Shown piece by piece: positions 24,891 to 36,418 of a DNA stretch of 64,000 bases (position 1 is its first letter; each line of letters starts with the position of its first letter). The translations under genes were made by a program, and so were the position numbers. The notes under the pieces were generated by a model, which made no database searches, was not told the DNA's origin, and saw nothing but the letters and a program-made list of their open reading frames with translations. The stretch comes from Malacoraja senta. Taxonomy: Eukaryota. Location: contig CM075996.1 of NCBI GenBank assembly GCA_038087875.1, forward strand, positions 5,830,001-5,894,000. Reading direction: 5' to 3'.

Positions 24891-25067
24891 TGCTGGCTGC
24901 CTCAAATCCAGCTAAATAAAGGAGGAAGCTGAACAGGGAGGTATTGATCATGAGTCACTGTGCCCAGCTGAGTCATCAATTGCACTTACCATTCTCTGAA
25001 CACATTGCATCAGGTTCCCACCCAACAGCCGAGTCATAGTAAGGGGGGTGGTATGGAAGGTGGGAGC

Positions 25068-25267
25068 NNNNNNNNNNNNNNNNNNNNNNNNNNNNNNNNN
25101 NNNNNNNNNNNNNNNNNNNNNNNNNNNNNNNNNNNNNNNNNNNNNNNNNNNNNNNNNNNNNNNNNNNNNNNNNNNNNNNNNNNNNNNNNNNNNNNNNNNN
25201 NNNNNNNNNNNNNNNNNNNNNNNNNNNNNNNNNNNNNNNNNNNNNNNNNNNNNNNNNNNNNNNNNNN
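25068..25267. other. Assembly gap (200 N)
   Basis: Run of exactly 200 N; a round number suggests an unsized scaffold join. Confidence 0.99.
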
Positions 25268-25954
25268 GAGGGCACAGCCTCAGAATAAAAGGGACGTACC
25301 TTTGGAAAGATGAGAAGGAATTTCTTTAGTCGGAGGGTGGTGAATCTGTGGAATTCATTGCCACAGACGGCTGTGGAGGCCAGGTATTTTTAAGGCGGAA
25401 ATTCAAAGTCAAAGTCAAAGTGAACGATGCTTGATTGGTACGGGTGTCAGGGGTTACGGGGAGAAGGCAGGAGAATGGGGTTGAGAGGGAAAGACAGATC
25501 AGCCATGATTGAATGGTGGAGTAGACTTGATGGGCCGAATGGCCTAGTTCAGCTCCTGGAACTTATATGGTGTTCAGGATGTGGAGATAAAAGTTGAGGG
25601 TTGTAAAATGGTTGTGGGGAGAGGTTGTGGATCGAAGCCGAGAGGTTTGGTGTTGACCAAGAAGGACTCCATGGTGGTTCGAGGGTTTCTGAACAATTCC
25701 TCCATAACCACCATGTCACAAATGTGTGAGCTGCGGCAGGCTGGAGCTGTTATTTGTTGCGACCACACGCCAACGGATATAGACTTTAATTTAGACTTTA
25801 GAGGTACATCGCGGAAACAGATCCTTCGACCCACCGAGTCCGTACCGACCAGCGATCACCCTGTACACCTGCACTATCCAACGCACTAGGGACAGTTTAC
25901 AATTTTACTCAAGCTTATTACCTAAAAAACTGTGCGTCTTTAGAGTGTGGGTGG

Positions 25955-26481
25955 AATAGACAATAGACACTAGACAATAGGTGCAGGTGTAGGCCATTCG
26001 GCCCTTCGAGCCAGCACTGCCATTCAATGTGATCATGGCTGATCATCCTCAATCAGTACCCCGTTCCTGCCTTATCCCCCATATCCCCTATCTTTAAGAG
26101 CCCTATCTAGCTCTCTCTTCAAAGCATCCAGAGAACCGGCCTCCACCGCCCTCTGAGGCAGAGAATTCCACAGACTCACCACTCTCTGTGAGAAAAAGTG
26201 TTTCCTGGTCTCCGTTCTAAATGGCTTACTCCTTATTCTTAAACTGTGTGGCCCTTGGTTCTGGACTCTCCCAACATCGGGAACATGTTTCCTGCCTCTA
26301 GCGTGTCCAAGCCCTTAACAATCTTATATGTTTCAATGAGATATCCTCTCATCCTTCTAAACTCCAGAGTGTACAAGCCCAGCTGCTTCATTCTCTCAGC
26401 ATATGACAGTCCCGCCATCCCGGGAATTAACCTTGTAAATCTACGCTGCACTCCCTCAATAGCAAGAATGTCCTTCCTCAA
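25955..26481 (-). mobile_element. CR1/HER1 LINE 3' fragment inserted in a SINE
   Basis: [21 protein letters not shown]... on the minus strand; SINE sequence on both sides. Confidence 0.85.
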
Positions 26482-26595
26482 GGAATCCGGAGCACCCGGA
26501 GAAAACCCACGCGGGTCACGGGGAGAATGTACCAACTCCGTACAGACAGCGCCCGTAGTCAGGATCGAACCCGGCTTTCTTAGCGCTGTAAGGCA

Positions 26596-27182
26596 GTTGT
26601 ATAGGGCTCTGGTGAGACCACATCTGGAGTATTGTGTACAGTTTTGGTCTCCTAATTTGAGGAAGGACATCCTTGTGATTGAGGCAGTGCAGCGTAGGTT
26701 CACGAGATTGATCCCTGGGATGGCGGGACGGTCATATGAGGAAAGATTGAAAAGACTAGGCTTGTATTCACTGGAGTTTAGAAGGATGAGGGGGGGGTTC
26801 TTATAGAAACATATAAAATTATAAAAGGACTGGACAAGCTAGATGCAGGAAAAATGTTCCCAATGTTGGGCGAGTCCAGAACCAGGGGCCACAGTCTTAG
26901 AATAAAGGGGAGGTCATTTAAGACTGAGGTGAGAAAAAACGTTTTCACCCAGAGAGTTGTGAATTTATGGAATTCCCTGCCACAGAGGGCAGTGGAGGCC
27001 AAGTCACTGGATGGATTTAAGAGAGAGTTAGATAGAGCTCTAGGGGCTAGTGGAATCAAGGGATATGGGGAGAAGGCAGGCACGGGTTATTGATTGGGGA
27101 CGATCAGCCATGATCACAATGAATGGCGGTGCTGGCTCGAAGGGCCGAATGGCCTCCTCCTGCACCTATTTTCTATGTTTCT
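26596..27182 (+). mobile_element. CR1/HER1 LINE 3' fragment inserted in the same SINE
   Basis: [19 protein letters not shown]...; TAAGGCAG repeated on both sides. Confidence 0.88.
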
Positions 27183-27251
27183 AAGGCAGCAACTCTACCT
27201 CCACCTTGCCGCCCGTTATTGACGCTCGCACTGTTTGGATTCTCCTCACAG

Positions 27252-27703
27252 CTTCGGCCCGACCAGGATCTCAAAGCCGTTCCCCAGGAGCGTCAATATT
27301 CCAGCTACAAGGATATGACCGAGTCGGGCCTCCAGCACACCAACGCCCAAAGTGCCGAGTCGCTGGAGATCGCCAACCTCTCCAAGGCGGACCCCTGGAT
27401 CAAGCTGCATGAGGAGGTGGCGGGGGCGGAATCACGCCGGCACGGGTCCCTGCTTCCCACCGACAGCCACCGAGCGGATACATCGTTGACCATCTCCCTA
27501 GAGCGGCTGACACCACCCGCCCGCAACGGTACTGTACCCCCTCCCACTCCCACCAGTGCCTTCCACAGCGCGGTGTTCAACTTCGAGGGCAGCTCCAAGC
27601 CTGAGCTCACGGCCAGGGACGTCCAGAGAACCACCTCACTTTCACACGTCGAACAGTGGGTTCAGTCGCAGAAAGAGGAGCTGCCGGATGGTGAGGAGGA
27701 TGA
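27252..27703 (+). CDS. PLEKHA4: PLEKHA4 exon (post-PH region; ...SAESLEIANLS...QRTTSLSHVEQWVQSQK...)
   Basis: tcacag|CTT ... GA|gtaagt. The SLSxVEQWV motif resembles the PLEKHA5/6/7 family, and phase 2 fits the exon at 35606. Confidence 0.75.
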
Positions 27704-28225
27704 GTAAGTACACAACAAATCTGTCCAAGAAGGGTCTCAACCCGAAACGTCACCCATCCCTTCTCTCCAGAGATGCTGCCTGACCCGCTGAGTTACTCCA
27801 GCTTTTTGTGTCTATCTTCGAACAAAACTGTCCTGTCCTCCTGATTAACTTTACTGTTTGGATGCCTCGCTGTCACCTTCCCTTCAGCCAACGATGAACC
27901 AATCTATATTTCCTTGTTCGGCATCCCCTTTGATCTGTGTTTTCACACCTTGCCCTTCCATATCTCTAGTCTCCCTCTCCCCCGACTATGTCTCGACCTG
28001 AAACGTCGGCCATTCCTTCTATCCAGAGATGCTGCCTGAGTTACTCCAGCATTTTGTGTCTATCTTCGCCAACAAAACTCCTGTTGAATCCCAACCAATA
28101 TGTGGCCCATGCACTGTGAGGTTGTACGATGCGATACGATACAAGAGAACTTTATTTATCGCTGGAGGGAAATTGATCTGCCAATAGTCATAAACACACA
28201 AAATACATGAAACATACATGAATAC

Positions 28226-28983
28226 ATCTAAATGGCGTCAAGTTGGGAAAAGGGGAAGTACAGCGGGATCTGGGGGTCCTTGTTCATCAGTCTATGAAAG
28301 TAAGCAAGCAGGTACAGCAGGCACTGAAGAAAGCGAATGGCAAGTTGGCCTTTATAACAAGAGGAATCGAATATAGGAGCAAAGAGGTCCTTCTGCAGTG
28401 TACAGGGCCCTAGTGAGACCACACCTGGAGTATTGTGTGCAGTTTTGGTCCCCTAATTTGAGGAAGGACATTCTTGCTATTGAGGGAGTGCAGCGTAGGT
28501 TTACAAGGTTAATTCCCAGGATGGCGGGACTGTCATATGCTGAGAGAATGGAGCAGCTGGACTTGTACACTCTGGAGTTTAGAAGGATGAGAGGGGATCT
28601 CATTGAAACATATAAGATTGTTAAGGGCTTGGACACGCTAGAGGCAGGAAACATGTTGCCGATGTTGGGGGAGTCCAGAACCAGGAGCCACAGTTTAAGA
28701 ATAAGGGGTAAGCCATTTAGAACGGAGATGAGGAAACACTTTTTCTCACCGAGAGTGGTGAGTCTGTGAAATTCTCTGCCCCAGAGGGCGGTGGAGGCAG
28801 GTTCTCTGGATGCTTTCAAGAGAGAGCTAGATAGGGCTCTTAAAAATAGCGGAGTCAGGGGATATGGGGAGAAGGCAGGAACGGGGTACTGATTGGGGAT
28901 GATCAGCCATGATCACATTGAATGGCGGTGCTGGCTCGAAGAGCCAAATGGCCTACTCCTGCACCTATTGTCTATTGTCTATT
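28226..28983 (+). mobile_element. CR1/HER1 LINE 3' fragment
   Basis: ORF 28398..28769 is the CR1 ORF2 C-terminus; near-identical to the 8062-8816 copy. Confidence 0.9.
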
Positions 28984-31304
28984 GAAAAATGAAATTAAAG
29001 TGACGAGTGGAAAGGCTTGGGGGATGTAGAAAGATTGGGTGGGGGGGGGGGGGTTGAGGAGTCAGTCAGTCTCAGTCTACCCCATTACAGAAGGGACGGG
29101 AGTTGTACAGTTTGATAGCCACAGAGAAGAAGGATATCCCCTGGCGTTCTGTCCTGCATCTTGTTGTGGATTTGTCCTTGGGTTTTTTGCTTGTGGCCGG
29201 TCTCAGTTAACACACTACAAAGAGAGAAGGGTTGAAGAAGGGTTTCGGCCCGAAACGTTGCCTATTTCCTTCGCTCCATAGATGCTGCTGCACCCGCTGA
29301 GTTTCTCCAGCATTTTTGTCCAAAGATCTTTGTTTTTGTCCACCTACAAAGAGAGATTCCAAGGTGTAACTGCTTCAGGGACGTACTGAGTGTGTAGGAA
29401 GGAACTGCAGATGCTGGTTTACACCGAAGATAGACACAAAATGTTGGAGTAACTCAGCGGGGCAAGGCAGCATCCTTTTCACCAGAGATACTGCCTGTCC
29501 CATTGAGTCACTCCAGCTTTTTGTGTCTATCTTCCATGTAGCCAGCATCTGCAGTTTTTTCCCACTCATTTTCGCTGCCTTTATATTCCCTTCCCTATAG
29601 GTTACAGGCCAATGTTACAATTGTCCCAAGATTCAAGAGAGTTTATTGTCATGTGTCCCTGATAGGACAATGAAATTCTTGCTTTGCTTCAGCACAACAG
29701 AACATAGTAGGCATTGACTACAAAACAGATCAGTGTGTCCATATACCATTCTATAAATATATACACACATGAATAAATAAACTGATAAAGTGCAAATAAA
29801 CAGATAATGGCTATTAATGTGCAGAGTTTGTTTGAGTTGAGTTTAATAGCCTGATGGCTGTGGGGAAGTAGCTATTCCTGAACCTGGTCGTTGCAGTCTT
29901 CAGGCTCCTGTACCTTCTACCTGAAGGTAGCGGGGAGATGAGTGTGTGTCTCATAGTTTAATTTAGTTAGGAGATGCAGCATGGAAACAGTAGCGAGTCT
30001 ACACTGAACAGTGATCGCCCCTTATATTCGCACTATCCGACACACTAGTGACATAGTTTACAATTTTACTAAAACCAATTAACCTACAAACATGTTCAAG
30101 AAGGAACTGCAGATGCTGGAAAATCGAAGGTAGACAAAAATGCTGGAGAAACTCAGCGGGTGAGGCAGCGTCTACGGAGCGAAGGAAATAGGCGACGTTT
30201 CGGGTCGAGACCCTTCTCTGCCTACCTTTGGAATGTGGGAGGAAACTGGAGCACCCGGAGAAAACCCTCGCGGTCGGAGGGAGAGCGTACAAACTCCGTA
30301 CAGACAGCATACGTAGTCAGGATCGAGCCCGGGTCTCTGGCGCTGTAAGGCCACCATTCTACTGCTGCGCCACCGTGCCGCACCCTCATTCCCATGTAGT
30401 GTCTGTGTGGAGTTTGCAGGTTTTCTCTGTGACCATATGTGCTCTGGTTTTCTCCCACATCTCAAAAACGTGCGGGATTGTAGGTGAATGGGCCTCTGTA
30501 ACTTGCCCCAGGTGTATAGGGAGTGGATGAGATAAAGGGACAACATAGAATGAGTATGAATGGGTGACCATAGGGGCTGAAGGGCCTGTTTCCATGCTGT
30601 ATCTCCAAACTAAACTAAGCACTGCTGGAGAGGACACAGAGAACTCATAGAATGAGAGTCGCACAGCATGGAAACAGGCCCTTCGGCCTATCGAGTCCGT
30701 GCTGGCCATCAACACCAAAGCTACATTGATCCCACTGTAATTTTCCCACATTTTCATCGACTCTCCCTGAATTCTACCATCACCTGCGTGCAAAGGGCAA
30801 TTGACCCACATCGTTGGGTTGTGGGAAGAAGCCGGAGCACCCGGAGGAAACCCACGCGGTCACAGGGAGAACGTGCAAACTCCACACAGATAGCACCCGA
30901 GGTCAGGATCGAACCCGTGTCCCTGGCGTTGGGAGGCAGCAGCTTAACACTGCGCCACTGAGCCGCCAGCGTGTGATGTATCGGGAGAGTGCCGCGCGGT
31001 GTCCCCGTGTTTGTAAACACTGCACCATTACGTCACCCTCCCTGTCTGTACACACAGCGTTACCCGGTGCATCGAGCTGTGCCGCTGGCGGGTAAATCAT
31101 TGCGGCATCTCGGTCTGGGAGAGCGGAGAGTGGGGACAGAGGAGGTCACCATTAACCCGGAGAAATCGCTGAGTGATCAGCAGCCACAGTAACCATTAAT
31201 ACCAGCACCGGCCGGGCTGAACGTTGAAGGGGCAGGGAGGTCAGCCATCCAGAAGCTCACCTCACCGCTCCCCAGGGGACATCGACACCAGCCAGCCCGC
31301 GGAA

Positions 31305-31580
31305 CTGAGGGGCTGGGGACTGAGGGGCTGGGGACTGAGGGGCTGGAGACTGAGGGGCTGGGGACTGAGGGGCTGGGGACTGAGGGGCTGGGGACTGAGG
31401 GGCTGGGAACTGAGGGGCTGGGGACTGAGGGGCTGGGGACTGAGGGGCTGGGGACTGAGGGACTGAGGGGCTGGGGACTGAGGGGCTGGAGACTGAGGGG
31501 CTGGGGACTGAGGGGCTGGGGACTGAGGGGCTGGGGACTGAGGGGCTGAGGGGCTGGGGACGGAGGGGCAGGGGACTGAG
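31305..31580. repeat. 15-bp minisatellite (GGGGCTGGGGACTGA)n
   Basis: Directly visible, roughly 17-18 units. Confidence 0.95.
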
Positions 31581-31719
31581 GGAGCAGGAGGAGGAGGTCT
31601 GAGGGTGGGAGGCTGACGGAGGGAGGGGGGGGGAGGGGATTGAGGATAATAGATAGTGGCAAGAGCGTGAGAGATGAGAGTGGGAGTGTGGGGCACCAGG
31701 GATGGGAGAGTGGAGGGAT

Positions 31720-32140
31720 GAGAGAGAGGAGGGGAGAGAGAGAGGAGGGGAGAGAGAGAGGAGGGATAAGAGAGAGGAGGGGAGAGAGAGAGAGGAGGGG
31801 CGAGAGAGAGGAGGGGAGAGAGAGAGGAGGGGAGAGAGAGAGGATGGGAGAGAGAGAGGAGGGGAGAGAGAGAGGAGGGGAGAGAGAGAGGAGGGGAGAG
31901 AGGGAGGAGGGGAGAGAGGGAGGAGGGGAGAGAGGGAGGAGGGGAGAGAGAGAGGAGGGGAGAGAGAGAGGAGGGGAGAGAGAGAGGGGGGAGAGAGAGA
32001 GGGGGGGAGAGAGAGAGAGGAGGGGGAGAGAGAGAGGGGGGGAGAGAGAGAGGAGGGGAGAGAGAGAGGGGGGGAGACAGAGAGGAGGGGAGAGAGAGAG
32101 GAGGGGAGAGAGAGGAGGGGAGAGAGAGGAGGGGAGAGAG
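31720..32140. repeat. Polypurine (GAGAGAGGAGGG)-type repeat
   Basis: Directly visible. Confidence 0.95.
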
Positions 32141-32983
32141 TATGGGGTGTGATGGGGGATGGGGAAGGTGGTCTAAGAATGAGGAAGTGGGGGGAGGGGG
32201 GAGGGTTTGGGGACCCGGTGTTGAGAAATGAGGTAGCAGGAGGTGAGGGATGAGAAAGTAGGCGAGGGGGAGCGAGGGTGAGGAGATAAGGGAGAGGGAC
32301 TGGGTGATAGGGAGTTGTGGGGGATGAGAGTGAGGGAGTGAGGGGCCCCAAGTGCAAAGTCAGATGGATCAGAGGTGAGAACAGAAGGTGAGAGAGCGGA
32401 GGGGTGGAGAGGGGATGGGGACGGAGCAGGGATGATGGAGCAGGGAGGTACAACTGAACAGCTCCAGCGAATGAAGACCGTCACCATCTTACTGGGAGAC
32501 CAGGTCGGTGTTGGCAGCGGTCCAGGCCCAGTTCCAGGAACTGTCAGCGTTTCAGGCTCTTGGTTCAGAGATGACCCCGTCATCTTTGTCCAGAAAGGCA
32601 CAGCGTCAATCATTGCTGAGGACGGGTTACATCCTCTGTGGAATGCTCTCAGCGTTCCACGTCAATGACTAGCTCGCAACGAATGTCCTGAAGTTAACAG
32701 GTTATCAAATAACCGCCAGCTGCCAAGCAGCAAGCACGGTGAACTATCACATCCCCCGTTTGTTTACGATGTGTAGGAAGGAACTGCAGATGCTGGTTTA
32801 CACCGAACATTGACACAAAAAGCTGGAGTAACTCAGCGGGTCAGGCAGCATCTCTGGAGAAAAGGATTTTACTTCAGTTTAGTTTCGTTTATTTAGACAT
32901 ATACGATACTTCTGTTGGTACATCCGGCAAGGCTCTCGGATCAAAGATGCAGGAAAATCAACGGAGGGACCTGCACCATGTTC

Positions 32984-33282
32984 TATACATAGATACATAG
33001 AAAATAGGTGCAGGAGTAGGCCATTCGGCCCTTCGAGCCTGCACCGCCATTCAATATGATCATGGCTGATCATCCAACTCAGTATCCCGTACCTGCCTTC
33101 TCTCCATACCCCCTGATCCCTTTAGCCACAAGGGCCACATCTAACTCCCTCTTAAATATAGCCAATGAACTGGCCTCAACTACCCTCTGTGGCAGAGAGT
33201 TCCAGAGATTCACCACTCTCTGTGTGAAAAAGTTTTTCCTCATCTCGGTCTTAAAGGATTTCCCCCTTATCCTTAAGCTGTG
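32984..33282 (-). mobile_element. CR1/HER1 LINE short 3' fragment
   Basis: Same subfamily as the 15571-16013 copy. Confidence 0.85.
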
Positions 33283-34182
33283 ATAAGGGGGAAATCTATG
33301 CTGAAACCTTGCTTCTGTTCAGTTGCTGACTGACACCAGGCCTTGTGGAACACTTAGTTTTGCAGCATGGAAACAGGCCCTTCGGCCCAACCTGCCCGCG
33401 CCGACCAACATGCCCCATCTATAGTCCCACCTGCCCGGATTTGGCCCATATCCCTCTAAACCTATTAGATCCGTGTACCTGTCTACATGTTACTTACACG
33501 TTGCAATAGTACCTGCCTCAACTATCTCCTCCGGCAGCTGGTTCCAGCACCTTGGTGTTAAAAAACGTGACCCTTCAGGCTCCTATTAAATCTTACCCCC
33601 CTCACCTCTTTGTCTTTGACCTCCTCGTGAGTTCATAAGTGATAGGAGCAGAATTAGGCCATTCAGCCCATCAAGTCTACTCCGCCATTCAATCATGGCT
33701 GATCTATCTCTCCCTCCTAACCCCATTCTCCTGCCTTCTCCCCATAACCTCTGACACCCGCACTAATCAAGAATCTATCGATCTCTGCCTTAAAAATATC
33801 CATTGACTAGGCCTCCACTGCCGTCTGTGGCAATGAATTCCACAGATTCACCGCCCTGTGGCTAAAGAAATTCCTCCTCATCTTCTTCCTAAAGGTATGT
33901 CCTTTAATTCTGCAACTGTGACCTCTAGTCCTAGACTCCTGTGGCAATGAATTCCACAGATTCACCACTCTGGTTCTCGATTCCCCTACTCTGGTGCAAG
34001 AGACTCTGTGTATTTACCTGTTTAAGAAAGAACTGCAGATGCTGGAAAAACGAAGGTAGACAAAAAATGCTGGAGAAACTCAGCGGGTGAGGCAGCATCT
34101 ATGGAGAGAAGATAGATGCTGCCTCACCCGCCGAGTTTCTCCAGCATTTTTTGTCTACCTGTGCATTTACCTGATCTATTCA

Positions 34183-34500
34183 AAGTACGAAGAGCTGGTC
34201 ATACACTGCCGTAAGCAGGGCTGGAAGGCAAGGCGTATGGCCATCGAGGTTGGCTGCAGAGGTTTTGCGGGGCAATCCCTCTACGAAGCCTTGGCATCAA
34301 CGGAATGGCGAGGAGAAGAGCCATGAAAACAACACAGAGGCAGCGGAGAAGGCCTCGAGATGGCTCTGGATCAGGAGAGGAGGTCCATGGGGAGGGGCAA
34401 ACGTCACCTGAACACAAGTCGTGGTCTGATCAACCACGGCTGGGTCGCCTGGGTGAGGGGTGTCTGATGTTGATAGACCCGAAACACCCAATGACCCCAG
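34183..34500 (+). mobile_element. Hero-like (restriction-like-endonuclease) non-LTR retrotransposon 3' fragment
   Basis: KYEELVIHCRKQGWKARRMAIEVGCRGFAGQSL matches the KY..L...GW.....EVG.RGF C-terminus of RLE-encoding LINEs. Confidence 0.7.
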
Positions 34501-34504
34501 GTTA

Positions 34505-35496
34505 TGTCTCACTTTCCCGAGTTATTCACGAATTCATGAATTCTCAAACTCACAGAATGTTCGTAACAAGTCTGTAGGAGTCCGCGGATATATCGTAGCG
34601 GCTCGTTATGCCGGCCGTAGGTACTCGGGGCTATTTTTTTGCTCGTGGACATTTTTCATCAAGGCCTGTCCCACGATGCGAGTTTATAAAAAGAATCAAA
34701 CTTGTGGTATTCTACAAACTCCTACGACCTTCCGAGTTCCTACGAGCTCCTACGAGTGAAAAGTTTTTTTAAAAAATTTCATCACGAGTATTTTTTTACT
34801 CGTGAAGTTTTTTCGACACTGTGAAAAATGTCCAGGAGTAAAAAAATACTCGTGATGAAAATAACTGTTACTTTTTACCAGTAGGAGCTCGTGAACATAC
34901 TCGTAGAAGGTCGGAGGAGTTCGTAGAATACCACAAGTTTAATTTGTTTTCTAACTCGGGAGAGCTCTTGGGTAAACTTGCATCGTGGCACAGGCCCTTC
35001 AGGCTGGAAAAAAACATCCCGACTAAAGGGCCTGTCCCACTGTACCAGCTAATTCAAGAGCTCTCCCGAGTTTAAAAAAAAATCAAACTCGTGGTAAGCA
35101 CGTAGAATGTACGTAGCGGGTACGTCGGAGCTCTTAGCCTCGTCTCTTAGCGGCTCGTCTCTTAACCTTAGTCTCTTAGCAGCTCGTAGCACTAACGGCA
35201 GGTACTCGGAAACGCGGGTAAGCTCGTGAAGACTCGTGAAGGTTTTTCAACATGTTGAAAAATGTCCACGAGAGCCCCGAGTACCCACGAGCGGCCATTA
35301 CCGTAATTCTCCGAGTTCGAATCAGGGAAACTTGGAGAACTCTTGAATTAACTCGTTACAGTGGGACAGCCCCTTTACCTGATGCCCCGAGTACCTACGG
35401 CTGGCATAACGAGCCGCTACGACATATCCACGGCCTCCTGCGAGTTTGAAAACTCGGGAGAATTCGTGAATAACTCGGGAAAGTGGGACAGGCCCT
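34505..35496. mobile_element. Nested PIF/Harbinger-type MITE cluster (outer element with inner copies at 34662-34998 and 35027-35374)
   Basis: Three pairs of (A)GGCCTGTCCCAC-type TIRs; the first inner copy has a TCA TSD; the outer left TIR is clipped. Confidence 0.8.
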
Positions 35497-35605
35497 CTAC
35501 ATAACTGATGATGTGTTCAGGAGCATCAAAGAATATATATTTTTTATTAATTCCTCTCATGATTTTGTGCTGGTGAAGCCTCCTTTGTTATGTCTTGGTT
35601 TACAG

Positions 35606-36418
35606 GCAGTACCTGGTGACCACGCAGTCCGGCCATGTGTACGAGTGTCTGGTCGACGGCTTCCCCATCTCCTCAGTCAACTCGCGTCTCCACTCCGGAC
35701 GCTCCACGCCCACGGAGGGCGGCCGGCGACGGGAGGCGGTGGTGGGGCCGGGGAGAGGCCGTGGCGAGCGGCCTCCCCGCAAGCCTCGCCCCCCAGGCCT
35801 CGCCTCGTACCGCTGCAGCTCGCTGCCTCCCGCCCCCGGGGCCCCCGGCCCCCCGTCGGCGCCTCCCCGCTACCAGGTGCTGCGCCGCTCCCTCACCCCC
35901 GACGGGCGCTACCTTGTCCGCCCACCACCACCGGCCCTTGCTGCGCTCCCCACCCCCGCCGGCCTCCCGGCTCCCCGCGGGCCTCCACCCCCGCGAAGAG
36001 GTGCCGCAGCCCGGCCCACTCCCCTCCTGCAGCCGAGGCCCGACCAGGCCTCACACCCCGGTCGGCCGCATCGACGTCCTCCCCCCTCAGCAGCCGCCGG
36101 CGGCGGGCAACGGTTACCTCCAGCCCGGCCTCCTCCTCACCACCAGATGCCGAGGCCAGGCCTCCAGGCCGCAGACTCCCCGCCAGCCGGCTCGACGTGC
36201 TGCCCACGGACGATCACCACGGCCTCCCGCCCCTCCACACGCTGAGGAGCCGCCCACAGAGCCCCCGGGGCCCTCGGATCGGACGCCTCCCGACGAGAGG
36301 GACTCAGTGTCGATGGCCACCTTGCCCAGCAGATGCTACAGGCCCTGCCCCAGGCTCCTGTACCCGCCTCACAGCCCTGCCGCCATGCCCAGGGACCGCT
36401 CCCCTCAGCAGACACAGG
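35606..36418 (+). CDS. PLEKHA4: PLEKHA4 large Pro/Arg-rich exon (contains RPHTPVGRIDVLP); needs about 2 frameshift corrections
   Basis: tacag|G ... AGG|gtaagt. RPHTPVGRIDVLP resembles human PLEKHA4 RPHTPLSRIDVRP as recalled; the motifs are spread over three frames. Confidence 0.75.

Noticed and set aside
31058..31192. Extra PLEKHA4 exon after the acacag acceptor
   Set aside because: The required phase hits a stop, there is no convincing donor, and 27703 joins 35606 in phase without it.
31177..32453. ORFs up to 398 aa rich in P/S/L or E/R/G
   Set aside because: Translation of the minisatellite and the purine tract.
32375..32668. 97-aa ORF in unique sequence
   Set aside because: No recognisable homology or splice structure.
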